This document shows, in pieces, positions 24,035 through 38,902 of a stretch of DNA of 64,000 nt (positions are counted from its first letter, which is position 1; each line of letters opens with the position of its first letter). Origin of the DNA: Eledone cirrhosa (Eukaryota); assembly GCA_964016885.1 (NCBI GenBank), contig OZ024742.1, positions 117,242,001-117,306,000 on the forward strand, read 5' to 3'. A model generated the notes under the pieces. The model did not search any database. It was not told where the DNA came from and saw only the letters and a program-made list of their open reading frames with translations. A program made the position numbers and the translations under genes.

Positions 24035-27000
24035 CACATATATATATATACATATATATATATATTTCATTTTTGAATTTGTTATTGGCAACATAACCAT
24101 CCCAAAGTATAACAATATATATATATATATATATATATATGTATAGTAAGAGATACAGTTCCTGCTACATACCATCACACTTTGACATGCAGTCATGCTA
24201 ATTTTAAATACACTATGAGAAAAGTAGGCATATATACACAGATGTGTAAATACACATAGATGTTAATCTATACTTCTCACAATTGTGATATAGACATATG
24301 CACACACATTGAAAATGTATGTTTATATTCCATCGATTATGAAAGAGAGATGAAAAGTATGCGTGCTTCTGGTCTTTTATCCTTGTACATGTATAAATGG
24401 AAGCTGCAGACAGAAAATATTAAAATATATGTATATATGTATGTAATGTAGGTATAAACATTGTGTAGAGTTTTCTAGGTTCTAAAAATTTAGGATCAAG
24501 ATATTGTCTGCAAGCTAGTAATATGAACACAATCTACAATTTTAGAGGAACTAATTTTCCTCATGTAAAGAGTAAAGCATTTACCAAATAAATGGTGAAA
24601 TATTTACGAGATGATTTCAAGAAGAAATGAAAATATAACAATCGACATTCTATATATATGATGAAAGTCAAACATTTTTTTCAAATCAAAATGAAAATGT
24701 TGGCATTAGTTTATTGACATCTGTTATTTTGACAGTAATTATCTTTTCTTAATGTTTGTTTGTAATTCTACTTTTCTGCTTTTAAAATGATTTAAAAGAT
24801 ATAAACATTCATCAAATTAAGAAATAACAACTTCTATCTTTCTATGACACTTGGGTTTTGTGACTTAATATTTCTATTCCCACTTCAACAACAACTCTTT
24901 TGTATCTATCTATATAAACAATAAATATCATAAGTTACTGATATTTAAAATGAATTCTTTCGTGTATTTGAGAAAACTTAAATCTTTATTATCTCATCTG
25001 AGAGTTTTCATAATTTGTTTTGAATTTAGAAATTGATAATTGATACAAATTCTTTAGTTATTTTACTTCATTGCACTCAGTTTTAACCATACATCTAAAG
25101 AGATATATTGACAGACGGGTGCCTTTTGTTTTGTTACTTTGAGTATCATCATCATTTAACATTCACTTTCCAAGCTATCATGTATTGAAGAGGCTTTTAC
25201 AAACTGGTTCTGTACTTATTTAAAGCTGGTGCTCTCCTAGGCAGTTCAGGGGACAATGATTCACTTTTGACATGATTTGTATGTCTGAATGCCTTTGCTA
25301 ACACCAGCCACTTTACAGACTGTATCAGGTGTATTTATCATGGCACTTACACTAGAGAGGATTGTATATCTATGTTTAATGATATATATAATTTGTGAAT
25401 ATGTACAGTAGTTCAAGTAATTCTAAGCAGCTTTCTGATTTATAATTTTCTTCCCAAATTCTTTAAAGTATATGTTTAGGATTGTAATAAAGTAGGAAAA
25501 TGGCTTTCCTTTTTGTAATTGTGCATTAGTATGAATTGCCAATAACTTTATTGGCAATTAGTAAGTATACATACTTTTAAAATGTGATAAGTTAGTTTGC
25601 TATGAGAAAACGAAAACAAAATGTTTTAATGAATACTTTTGGTGAGAGATGTTTATCTTTAGAGTACCAACAGAAAATATTTATACACTCATGAATTACC
25701 ACTACTCATATAGGGCAGTGGATTAGTGCAATTCTTAGACTGTCAAAGAAAATGCTTGTGGTATTTGTCCCTCTTCTTTGTATTATGGTTTCAAATCTTG
25801 CTGTGGCCTACTTGGGTAGTAGATTGTATCTGCCATCTGGCTTACACAACCACCAGCAGAGAAAATTATAGGCAATGATTTTCATTAGAAATATTGCAAT
25901 GAACGGGTTAAATCCTGGAAGGCTTGCTTGAGTTTTTTGACGTTTTTTTCAGACAGTTTTTCTATGTTCAGATGCCTTGGTGATGCTTACTCATACTTTA
26001 TTTCAAGTATGATATTACCACTGACATTTGTCAAACCACTACAGTATAGAACATATTTTCAGGCAAGACATAAACAAATGTCACTGCCTGCATTAAATAT
26101 TAAATAGGGTTGACCTAAAGAAGCTAACAGATACTTATACTTACACACAAACATGCACACACACATGTTGCCGCCTGTCAAATTTCTTCATAAAGCATTG
26201 GTAAAAAGATACTTGCCCAAAGTGCCAAACAATGTTATCAAACCCAAGACAATATGGCGGCAAAGAAAAGCTCTTCATAACACAATCGTGATTGCACCTA
26301 CATTAATAAGTTTTATATTAGCAGTTTTGCTGATTTATGTATGGCGACATTATACTGGGATTAAGCAAAGCTATAATGGGCTTATTGATCAAATTAACCA
26401 ATCTTTAGAGTACTCAGTAAATAGTACAATTTAGACGATGGACTAACAAAAAATGCTATAAATGAAAATCACATAAAATATTTAAATACTTTACACCAGA
26501 AACTAATTTAACAACTCATGCTACTATTTTAGATGTCAAAGGTACCCTTCACTATAGTCACTACATTCAGACTCATAATCTAATTCTCCATGAAATAATT
26601 CCACTTATATTTTTCCTTTCACTATTTCTCTTGACAGTTCTAGTTCTTTGATAATATGAAGTTATAACCATTTATTTTATCAGAACTTTTTCTAGCTGGT
26701 TACATTTTCCATCTCTCAAGATTGTTTTCTAAAGTGAATCTTCAGTGCATTTTTTCTTACTTTCTTATTCATCTCCAGCAAAGACATGGAACATTTGTTT
26801 TTTGTTTTGGTTTCTGTGCAAAAAAAAACCGATGCTGCAAAAGTCATATTTTCTTCACAGACATGATTCTGTTGACTATCTTTGTCCATTTTTTCTGTTC
26901 AATCTTATCTTATATTGTAAACATGTGTGTATATATGTATATAAATCATCATCATCGTTGTTATTTCCACTATACCATGATAGTATGGGCTTGATGGGAT

Positions 27001-28109
27001 GTTTTGAGATAATGTTTTAAAGCAGGATGCCCTTCCTGATGCCGACCTTGTTAGTCTCCTCTTATGACATGGGGGTATTTATTCTAAAAACTGGGATACA
27101 GATATATTTTATGACATAAACAAACGTCATTTCCTGCTTTAAATGGTGTTGACATGAAGTGCTTGCCGTGACTGACACACACATTGATTCATAAACATGA
27201 AAATTTATTGTGCAACCAATGGTTTCATGAGCTGACAATCTTGCATAAGTGTAATCAATGTTTGCCAGCTATATCATTGAGGGAAATGTTATACATTTTG
27301 CCTGAAGATATGCCTTTAGTTACACTATAAATTTTAGCGTGTAGCAATTATAATGAATTAGTTGTTCATATTTAGAACACGTTTTATTGTTGATATTCTT
27401 GTTATATATCGATACATAAATAACACACATACACACAAACACACACACATATATATATATATCGTCATCGTCATCATATAACGTCCATTCTCCTTGCTAG
27501 CAATGGCTGGAGACGTTATCACTGACTATGTCAGTAGACAAGTGGAGCCACTGACCATTCAAGCAAACCAGAAATCCGACCTCTCTTACATGCATGCCAG
27601 CACTCTACTGAGTGCTCAGACAGGCCAAGGGTCCTCATCATGCTTACATAAGTTTGTGCATGCTGCCAAGTTCATTTTATTGTGGTACCGGCATTATGGT
27701 GGTTGTCATGTTTATATATATATATATATATTATTTAAAAATGAAACTAACTTTAGATATTTCATATAACAAATGTATAATAATAAATCGAAGTACGTAA
27801 ATGTAATCAATTAAATATTGCTAGGCACCTTATAAATATAAAACACAAAAAAACATACAATCAAAGCAAGAGAAAAAAAACATCAATTCAACATTAATTG
27901 CATCAATCAGCCACACACCACAATAGTCATCTGAAATTTTTGAGGCAAGCCAACATGCTTGCAACATCATCATAGGCATCGCCTGACACCTCAGCAAGGC
28001 GAGCTGTTGATGATGACAAGAACTTCACTATATATTATTAACACAGAAAACGTTTAAGCAAACACTTTCTGTGTTTATATATATACAACCCTTTTGTATG
28101 TATATATAT

Positions 28110-28156
28110 ATTCCTGATGATTTCTAAAGAATGAAACAGTTCTAGTCCTGTAGAAT
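28110..28156 (+). ncRNA. Minimal type I hammerhead ribozyme (canonical core)
   Basis: AUUC CUGAUGA UUUCUAAAGAAU GAAA CAG-uucuaguc-CUG UA GAAU; stem II weak with a mismatched closing pair. Confidence 0.65.
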
Positions 28157-28244
28157 CTCATCTATATTAAAACTTTTATACTCTGCTATGTATTTGAGTA
28201 CCTTACTTACTGTGTTTACCTCCGATTCAACCCGGAATAACTTA

Positions 28245-28301
<57 letters not shown>

Positions 28302-28304
28302 TAA

Positions 28305-28371
<67 letters not shown>

Positions 28372-28374
28372 AAG

Positions 28375-28960
28375 TGTGCATGCTCCGATGAATGTGTAAT
28401 AGTAATATATGCAACCAGCAAAGCATAAACGAATTAAGAGAGAGACTAAGCATAAGAGGAAACAAATGTTTTGTGCAGGAGAGGAGATTGCGTTGGTATG
28501 GACATGTGATGCATTTGAAGGATGACAGTTGCATAAAAAGGTGCAGAGCACTAAACATCAATGGAAGCCTTGAAGTGGGGAGACCCAAGAAGACCTCGAA
28601 TGAGGTGATAAAAACTGACCTTGCCCAATTACACCTCTGGCATTACACAGTAATACAGAAGCCCAAGTTCCCACGGGTACAAGCCCCTTCTACAGTAAAG
28701 TGGTTGTGTTGGGGTCACAACAAAAAGCACTCAGTCCACACTGTAAAGTGGTTGTGTAGGTGCCACGGTAAAATAAGCACCCAGTACTCACTGTAAATGA
28801 GGTTGGTGTTAGGAAGGGCATCCAGCTGTAGAAACCGAAGTCAAAATCAGTCCTGTATGAGCAAGACATGGTCACTTGACCTGGCATTGCCCACAAGAGG
28901 TCAACCTGTTTAACCCATGTTAGCATGGAAATATGGACGTAAAATAGTGATGATGATGAT
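28375..28960 (+). mobile_element. RTE LINE 3' fragment
   Basis: [29 protein letters not shown]; 3' UTR and (GAT)n tail. Confidence 0.9.
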
Positions 28961-29299
28961 TATATATATATATATATATAATGTATGTATGTGTGTTTTT
29001 CTGTGTGTGTTGTTTATTAAGTTAAAAATGCCCATTATATATGAGATAAGAATAGTTTCTAGAATTAGTAAACTAGTGGTGGGCTGCATATTGTTAGCAC
29101 TACAAAATGAAAGCAAAATCAACACTCAATTAACAAAGATTGGTACCAAACAAAATCTGGTTCTTGGTTGATGAAAGTCAATGGTCAAAATTTCAAATAA
29201 CCACAGTAATGTGACCATTAACAAAGAATGAGTCCTATGGTCACTACCTACTACAACACAAATAATACTAATAATCACAAATGGAGGCACATGGCTAAT

Positions 29300-29645
29300 G
29301 GAGGCACATGGCTTAGTGGTTAGAGCATTGGCCTTGCAATCGAAAGGTTGTGAGTTCAATTCTCAGACCGGGTGATGTGTTGTTTCCTTGAGCAAGACAC
29401 TTTATTTCACATTGCTCCAGTTTACTCAGCTGTAGAAATGAGATGATAGGGACTGGGGTCCCTATCATTCCACTACAAAGTGGTCGTGGAGGTGCCACGG
29501 CAAAAAAGCACCCAGCACTCACTGTAAATGAGGTTGGTGTTAGGAAGGGCATCCAGCTGTAGAAATCAAGCCAGCATCAGTTCCCGTCCTACCCTTGCAA
29601 GCAGGGAAAAAGCGGACGTAAAATGAAATGATGATGATGATGATG
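29300..29645 (+). mobile_element. tRNA-derived SINE with RTE tail
   Basis: Copy of 3828-4170. Confidence 0.88.
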
Positions 29646-31489
29646 ACATCATCTTGATGATAAGACCGTAAAGATCTAGAAACATTGATAGGAATAGGCA
29701 ATTTACTATGTGAAACAAGATGAAATGGACTCTAAAGAAAATAGGAAAATCTCTTAATAAAAAAATAAAAACTAAAGTACAGTTCTTATTTTAATCTAGC
29801 ACCCACAGCCACACACAACTAATGTCCATGAATTTATACTGAAGAGATATAGATATCGAAATGCCCCCACAAGGCCATTCTAGAAAGATAGATCTCTCTG
29901 GTTAATGCCTAACCATCAACTCTGTAGCCTAATCGATTATATGTAGGTTAAATATTATTTAAATATATGTAATACAAAATTTAAAATAGTCTTAAAAGGT
30001 AATAAATAACTTTTAAATAGTATAAAACAAATATGTTTATCTTAGTATCAAGATAAAATATTTTTAGTTTTTATTGTTTCAAACACTTGACTTCAGCTGG
30101 GAATTGGTGTTTAAGTTTGGTGGAGGTGTAAAGAAAAATAACATATTAGTGTATATAAAAGATGTAAATTTCTAGATTACAAGAAATAAGGACTGAATGT
30201 TAAGAAAAAAAAAGTTGTTTCTGCATGATGTTTTTCCCTAAACAGTAAAATACAAATGTAAATTCAATTCATGTGGAGAATTTCCAAAGAGATACATCAG
30301 TAACTCGACATTATATTAGAATATTCCCAGTATACATTTAAACAAGACTTAAACACTGTTTATATTGTTTCTTAAATGACCAACTACAAGATATTATACA
30401 AGATTTATTTTATGATTATTCCCTGGATATTCTCAATATGTTTAAACTATTTCATATTGTGAGAAAGAGGGGGTGGGGACAAACATTTCTTTAATTAACA
30501 ACAAATCATTTGAGATATTTCTGTGGTGTTTCATAAAACTGCTAAAATTATTGAATTGTATTCAAAAGTAAAAGTACATTTCAATGTGAATTTCAATCTT
30601 AAATGCAATAATTTAAGCACAGTAAAAACAGAATAAAACCAATTGAAATATGGAGATTTTGGTAATGTATCATATAAATTAAACATGAAAAGTGAGGCAA
30701 GCTTACAATTTTAAATATGCACACAATATTTATTCAGTCGAAATCGAAATTTATAGTAATATGGTCCTTTCTGTGTCTCTTTAGAAATGAATAATATTAA
30801 AAACATTTAAATGTACACAATTTCATGTATATTTAAAAGTTAAATTTTTTAAGAAAAATACACACAGAAATATTTATTCAAAGCTGAGTTTTATATAGTG
30901 GCTGCTCGACTTTTCTCATTACTGATCACACATACACATATACCATCATCATCTTCATCATCATTTAAAGTCTGTTTTCTCTGCTAGCAATTTCCACATA
31001 CCAAGTCAGTACTCAAGAAGATCTACTGACCTCTCAGATGGGCCAGAAGCCTACATCTCACTCAGTTACATTCCCGTACTATACATGGTGCAAGGGTGGG
31101 TTTGGGGGAACCCACATCTCACGTACAGAAATGTTACCATGCTTTTCTGAATGCATTTTATCATGGCATCACCAATAGGCAGGTTGTCATGATCTTGATA
31201 CAGCTGAAGGATCCTCCTGACCCATTGTTTGGCAGGTTTTTTTTGGCTGGACGTGCTTCTTATTATTAACCACTATACTAAGTGTACTGCATGTATTTAT
31301 TATGTAAATCAGCAATACTAAGGCGTTGTCATGTCTTTGACACGGCTGAAGAGTCCTCCCAACCTTTTAGCAACTCTTTTATGGCTGGGGGCTCTTCCAA
31401 ACACAAACCACTGTATTGGGTATATTATCCTGCAAATCACCTATGCTAGTGAGGCTGTTATGTTCTTGATACAAATGGAGAATTCTCAA

Positions 31490-31707
31490 CCCTTTAGCAT
31501 TTAAACTGGCCATATCTGTCCAGAATTCTCTCACCTCTTTCTGTTCAACCGGCTATAACTGGCTGCTCATACTGATGTTAAGGTATTGTCCTTAAAATAA
31601 ATAACATCAAAATCTCATATATTCATTATCATGTGAGATAATTATGTGAGATAAAGCCTTTACCACAAAAATACAATAGTATATACAGTTACGTAAATGC
31701 TAGAGGG
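31490..31707. mobile_element. piggyBac-like MITE
   Basis: TIRs CCCTTTAGCATTT / AAATGCTAGAGGG; flanks TCAA and TTAA. Confidence 0.72.
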
Positions 31708-34700
31708 TTAAACCATTTGTCATAATTTCCGGTGCTATGGAGGTTTCAGTCATAGCTGCCTCCCTGCTCTGAGGTGTGAGGTTATGACTGATGTGTTAGG
31801 GGTAGCTATGACTGATGTTTGGATTTTAGCGGTGGGGTAATGCTGGGTTGAGTGATGGGCCTATATAGAGTGTGGATGGTTGGATATGGTAAGTTCCAGT
31901 AGCATGGGAAGTACAGTGATGATAATAGTTACTGAGGGGTTGTGGTATAACTGGTGTATTTGGATTTGAGAGTAGGAATTGATTCTGGGTGGATGGAGTG
32001 GTGAACCTGGATAATGTGAGTGTTAGGTTTTGGGAGAGATTGTTCCTCAATGGAGTAGAGTTGTAGGTATACAGGGAACATGAAAGAGTGGGGAAGAGGG
32101 ATAGGGGAAGAGGAATGTATATGTGTCAGGTTATGTTTAATCCTGATAGGCAGGTCTTCATTAGTACAGTATATCACCACTCCTCATGATCTGTTTTAAT
32201 CTCTAGTGTGAGGTTCAGCTTCTGAAAGTCAGTCTTCACAACTTCATCCCATATCTTCCTGGGTCTGCTTATATATATTACAGCTATCGGTATGATTGCG
32301 TTATTAAGGAGATTGTTTCACAGTTTCTGGTTCATTTTTAATGTATGACCACTTCAGCAAGTATCTTTTACAATAGCCTTGAGTTGAGCAATGGGAAATT
32401 TAGTAGATGGAGACAGCAGAAGCCTGACGCGCGTGTGTATGTGTGTATGTGTGAATCATAGTTTTATGTAGGAACCCTTGTTAGGGTATGGTTCAAACAC
32501 AAGTTTAATAATGAGAAAGTAGGTTGTATTGCTAATTCCCTTCAAATTCTCAATTATTTAAAAAATTATATGAAAATCATAGGCAGTGACATTCATTAGA
32601 AACATGGTAACAAACTTATTTAACTGGTAATAATGTATTTCCATATAAATAAAAATCAAACATGTCAAAGGTTACTGGATTGTGGTAACCATTAGAATGG
32701 TAAAAACAAAACAAACATTTTCTTTGAGTTAAAATTTCTTATTTTAAGGGTAATGTTCTTGTCTCCTCCTAAATATAGTTATGCATACATTTTCCTTTGC
32801 CAACTTCAGTGTGAATATTTTAGTCGAAATTTTGTTTTAATTTTTAACAACACTTTGTAACAAACCCAACACTACTACATGACTTTCTCAAATAAACCAC
32901 CAAATTTGTTGTCTGTAATTATGGAGATGCAGCAGTTTTATGAATGAAATAGGTTTATTGTTCAACAGAGAACAGAGAATTACCATTAGAAGTATGTTAT
33001 CATAAGTTTCTACCATCAAAACCAAAGTACCCTAAGGAACTATTTGAAAGCCATTGTTGGCAATAAAATCCTCCACTTACAACTTCAGTCTATTTGCCAA
33101 TCATTCAAGCATCAATAGTCTTATACCCACAAACAAAATGTGTTTGATATATCCAGACTGCTAAACTTTTCTTTCCTGTTTCAATTTTCGACAATATCAT
33201 TTGATCGGTGTGTTTACAAATCAATGTTATTTTATCTATTCCTAGCCTTGTATACATATCACTAGATTAATTCAAACTCAGAACATTTCTTTTTTCACCA
33301 TTTTGGTGCTTGTATAACAACTTGTGTCAATTTAAACTCATTTTCAACCATATTCTGCTGCAGTTTACACTGATCTTCACACTTGACATTTCAATATTTA
33401 TTATAGATAATAAGACATCTATTTTGATTTCAATTATTATTATTTTTATTATTAGACTTGAAGTATGGTGGATTGGCAAAATTGTTAAACTGCCTGACAA
33501 AATACTTCATGTCTTTTGTTACAGGTCATGACATTCTGAGTTCATATGTCACCAAGATCAATTTTGCAGTTTTCTGTGTTGATAAAATAAAGTACCTATC
33601 AGGTTCCTTTGTCCTCAAATTATTGTCCTTGTGCCTCTAAATTAAAATTCATCAGTGTTGTTATAATTAAGACTTGTATTTTGTCCTTCTGGATTTGATA
33701 AACTACCAGTCAACTATTGGGGGTCAATAAAATCAACTGTAAAACATAATTATGACTTTATGCTACCTATGCTAGAAGTTATTATTCATGTCACTAATAT
33801 TATCATTAACGGATTGGACTGGGATTAAGAATTCTGGTGCCACAACAAAACACTCAATACATTTGGTAAAATGGTTGGTGTTAAGAAGGGCTTCCATCCA
33901 TAGAGAACATGCCAAACAAAACATTGAGAGGATTCTTCAGCTGTGGGAAAGATATAACAACCTCCGTAGTGCTGAAACCACAATACAATGCTCCCAGTAC
34001 ACTCTGTAGAGTGCAGGAACATATGTGAGTGAAATGTAGCTCCATGCCATCTGTGAAGTTAGTAACTCCAACCAAGTACTGACATTGTCAGTGATGACCC
34101 ATCCGATTCTTGCTAGCAGAGAAAATGAAAGTAAAGTGATGATGATATACATTCACTGATTATTTTTTCTGAGTTTCTACTGTGGTTCTTCATTAATTTT
34201 TATATCAAAGCAAAATATATTTTTTTCTTTTCATGCCATATACATTTTGTTATTTTTTCCTCTGATGAGAATTTTTTTATGTTTTTGTTCTTTTATTTTT
34301 ATTGTAATCTTTGGAATTGTCCACTTTCATCTGTGTAAGATCCTCTGTAAAAACATGGTATGTTATAAATGCATTTCTTTTTCTTTATCTTCTTGGAAGC
34401 TCTTGGGTAAGTTTCATTCTGTTCAAGAGAAAAATCATTGAAGTATAATGGTAATCTTAATCACAGTTCCAGTGTTATTTTCTCTACAATTTCTTTATAC
34501 TCTCTCAGCTGGTCTCTTACAAAATTACAGTGGACAGTGAATCATGAATCTGTCCCTAATGTATGCTTATGAATGCATACAGGTCACAGGTAAATGTGTA
34601 AAAGTTGTTTGCTCCTTTCTCAGGTATATATTTCTCAGGTCTTCAGATGTATAGTTTTTCAATGTTGTGTTTAATTGTTTTATGGTGGATTTTCACCATT

Positions 34701-35049
34701 GATGGAGGCAAGAATCCATTCTTCAATACTTTGGTAATTGGTGACTCCCTTGGATTACATGGATTTATGATGACATATTGATGTTCCCACGTACATTTCT
34801 GTTTACTGAAATATGTAATTTGATTGCCTGGCACTTTTGTTTTGCCAAATAAAAAAACAATTTATGCAGTGACACTGGATGAATTATTCATTGGCTCGAC
34901 AAAACTCCAGTACCAGTCAATGAAAATACATATAACATATAAAAAATATGACTCCACTATATGTCTCGAGTCACCCCTTCAGTAAATATTGGTTTTTATT
35001 TTTATATCAACAAATCTATAACCCAACTTTAACATCTATCTAGACACAT

Positions 35050-37725
35050 CTTCATCATCACTTTACATATGCTTTTGCATGCTTTCAGGGGCTAGATAGA
35101 TGATTTCCAACACAGTCTACCTTCATCATTGCTTTCTTTCATCATCTACTACACTGAGAGGTTCAAAATTTTGAGATTGGCTCTGATCACCACTGACTAG
35201 GTTCTCCTTGGTATTCTTCTGCTGAAGCCTCCTTTCACTGGAATCTTTTGGCACTTATTTACACATCATGTGTCCATGCCACTCTATTTGATTCCTTTTA
35301 TATCCAGTTTTACATATCCAATAGGACATGCTCATTTCATATCTCTCCAGCCTCTGCATACCATCAACAGTTACCATCTATGTCTTGCTACCATGTAACA
35401 TCAGACTCCTCATGCAAGATTCAAATAATCTGCTCTTCATTTATAGAGAAAATTCCTATGTTGTCAACTCATGTAGTGGCTCCCTGAAATTTTCCAACCT
35501 GTTCTCATACTAACTGCTATACTTTCAGAGCAACTTCCTCCACTGCTAATTAGATCACCTAAGGCAGACACTATCAATTACTTCCATAGTAGCCTTGTGA
35601 GATTGAAAAAGATTTATTTCACTAGTGCTCTAATTACCAACCATCCCTGCACATCTAATATATGTAAAGTCTATCTTTTCAGTTACCCTACCTACAATTC
35701 TTGTGTGTCAAGATTTACATTACGAAGAAGTTCCTACTTACTCCTATTCTAAAAATTGAGCATGGTCATCTCAGTAATGGGACCAGAGTCTTATTTTCTT
35801 TCCTACTTACTATAACTTTTGTCATTATTAAGTTTGCCCCAAGCCCCTTTGATTCTAAGTTCTGTTTCCACAACAGGAATTTCTTCTCAGATTTTCCCAC
35901 AGATTCCACTATAAGAACTGAATAATTAGCATACATCCAGTCTTAAATTCCTCTGTTACGATTTGCTAAATTATAATAAACAGGAGTGAGCTAACTTTGG
36001 TTCTAAGTTCTATTTCCATAACAGGAATTTCTTCTCAAACTCTTCCACAGACTCAGCTCTAAGAACTGGGTCATCAGCATACATATTTTCTCATAGACAT
36101 CCAGTCTTAAACTTTTCTGCTATGATCTGGAGAACTAATAAACAGGAGTGAGCTAAGGACTAAATCCAGATGAACTCCTACTTTTTCATCAAATTCTTCA
36201 CTAAGCTCATTTCCTACTCTCGCTGTAATGATGGTTACTCTCTACATGCTTTCACTGCTTTCATAAGCTGTTCTTCGATACTCTATTTCTTTAAGGACCA
36301 CCAGATGACAGAGTATGGTACTCTGTGAAAATTCTTCATCAAATCAAATGAATCTATAGACAGTGTCTTACACATAGCTGGGAACCTCTCTTGTAGTTGC
36401 TTCACTAAGAAGAAAGTACTTGTTGTGTTCCTTCTTAGCACAAAACCAAACTACATCTCCTCTAGGTTGATTCTTTCACTAATTAGTCGTGCTAAAACTC
36501 TTTCTGTCACTTTCATAAATTGGTTCACTAGTTTTAGGCCTCTGTAGCTACTTATTTCTTTTCCCTTTTAGTAGTTATTGACTATACTGCTACATGAGAC
36601 ATTGGGTTTGACCTCAACCTTTATTACCTAATTGACTACGCGGGTGAATAGTTTGGCTCCTACATCTCCAGATGATTTCAGCATCTCAGTAACTATCTCT
36701 GACTGTTCAGCAACTTTAGCATTTTACATCATCTTGATTATTCCTCTGAGGTTATAATTGTCAATTTTGATAGTTTTTCACACCTTTCTCTTGGCTTTAA
36801 CAACTCTATCTCTGGGGCCGCTTTATTCCCATCTCACCCACTTTCTGTCCATAGGTCTCAGCAGCAACCTGCTGTATGAAGTTCTAATTGTCCTCTATAT
36901 CATATTATTTAATTCCTCCTCCCTCTAACCATAGGCATCCCATAGAGCTTCCTGAACCTATATTTATTAGGTCTTTTAGTACCCGTACTTTCCTTCAGAT
37001 TTTCCTGCATTTCTTTGTTCTGCCTTGTGCTTATTCTGATATAACTAATAAGTAACTTCTGTTGGGTGATACATTCTTCTCCATGGAAGGACCTTAACAT
37101 TTATAACTAACTGTCTATCTCATTTTATAACAAGTAGAAGGTTAATCTGGCTTGTGCGTTTGCCTGATTGGTAGGTGATTAGGTGGTTGTCCAGTTGCCT
37201 GAAGTTAGTATTGTAAATGGTTAGTTCATTTGCCTCACAGAACTGTAAGAGCTTTGCTCCCTCTTCAGGTCTTGAGCCATATCCATACCCACCATGCACT
37301 CTTGTGTAGATATCCTAGTGTTGACCAACATTTCCATTGAAGTCATTGGCTAGGATGAAGTTGTCTATATCAGTTCCACAACAGTTTTTTAGAACTTTAC
37401 TTCATCCTGATTGTGGTGCTTAGAGATAATGGTGTCATTCTCTTGCCTATGAATATTCCAAGCTTGGTAATTCTGTCACTCTAACTACCTCAATTACTTT
37501 ATCTATCTAAATTCAGCTAGTTGACTACCTACCTCAAATACCTAATCATCATTTCCTACCCAGAAAAGTTCATATCTATGCTATTTGCCTATGAATAATC
37601 TTGCTGACTCATCCCTCATCTCACCTTTTGAACACAGTATACATCAAATTGTCTTTTCTCAAGCATCTCCACAATGTCTCCAGCTCCATTTTGTGTGCTC
37701 ACATTAAGTGGCAGCCTTGAAATCT
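35050..37725 (-). mobile_element. Old, heavily decayed near full-length RTE LINE
   Basis: Remnants of APE (DFNGNVG), YRGLKL and FGF motifs and the RT C-terminus; internal tandem duplication around 35850-36150. Confidence 0.8.
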
Positions 37726-38217
37726 GTCACATATGATTAGGTCATCCTTTGGTAGTAGTTTTTGTACCTGAAAGGAAATATGGATGTGTGATTACTTGAT
37801 GACAGTTGGGAGATTCTTGCATGTAGCTAGGTCAGCTAATATCCTACAATGTTTAGATCTAACTTGTTTAGTGCTAGCTCTGCATATGTAATTTATGGGA
37901 ATCTTATACATTGGGCTTTCCATAATTTTTGCTAAGGGTTTTCTAGCTGAAGGTCCTTTCTATCACCAACCAATTTACAGCATGGAGTATTTGTCATAAC
38001 ATCATCACTAAAAAGGTTATCTGTCAAGTCTTAAGAGTCATCTCCACCCTGTCTTAGTTTTAATTCAGAGTATCAGCTTTTCTTGATGGGTTGACTTTCA
38101 CCACATCTTATGGAGTCCATGTCTGCACATGCACTCTTATTTATATGGACTAACTACCCTCCTAGGCGAGTTGCCTTTTCAATGGCTATACAGGGTCTGT
38201 TTTTTCTTAAGGAAGGC

Positions 38218-38495
38218 ATATCATCATCATCATCATCATCACCGTTTTACGTCCGTTCTTCCATGCTAGCATGGGTTAGACAGGTTGTCCTGTTGTGGGC
38301 AGTGTCCGGTCGGCTGACCTTGTCTTGCTCATACGGGAACTGATCTGGCTTGATTTCTACAGCTGGATGCGCTTCCTAACACCAACCTCATTTACAGTGA
38401 GTGCTGGGTGTTTTTTTTCCATGGCGTCTACACGTCCACTTTATAGTGTGGGCTGGGTGCTTTTTTGCCATGGCATCTCCACGACCACTTTGCAG
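38218..38495 (-). mobile_element. RTE-type 3' UTR module
   Basis: (CAT)n tail and the reverse complement of the shared 3' UTR. Confidence 0.82.
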
Positions 38496-38725
38496 TGGGA
38501 GGGTGTGGGGGAATATTGTCTATATGCTTCAGCTTCAGCATATGCTTATATACGAGTAGTGTAGACATATACTCATACTATTTATGTAGTTGTAAGTTAA
38601 TCTGCTTCTTTTCTGCTAGTGGGATATTCCATGATTCAGTAACAATTATAGTTACATTTAATGTTTAGCAAGTAGTAACAAATATGTCATTCCATATGGG
38701 CTGGAAGTATATATATATATATACA

Positions 38726-38902
38726 CAGGTAAAATTCCGTTATAATAAATACCATTATAACGAATTTTTAAGTATAACAAAAATTTTTTTCAATCCCCAG
38801 CTACATGCTGGCTGTGTTAGGTCAATCTCGTTATAAAGAATTTTTCGTTGTAACAAATTATTTTTTATGCCGCTTGAATTTCATTATAACGGAATTTCAC
38901 TG
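38726..38902. mobile_element. Tc1/mariner (pogo/Tigger-like) MITE
   Basis: Imperfect TIRs CAGGTAAAATTCCGTTATAA / TTATAACGGAATTTCACTG; TA on the right flank. Confidence 0.7.

Noticed and set aside
26322-26417. Possible plus-strand exon (AVLLIYVWRHYTGIKQSYNGLIDQINQSLEYS)
   Set aside because: Isolated, weak splice signals, no phase-linked partners identified
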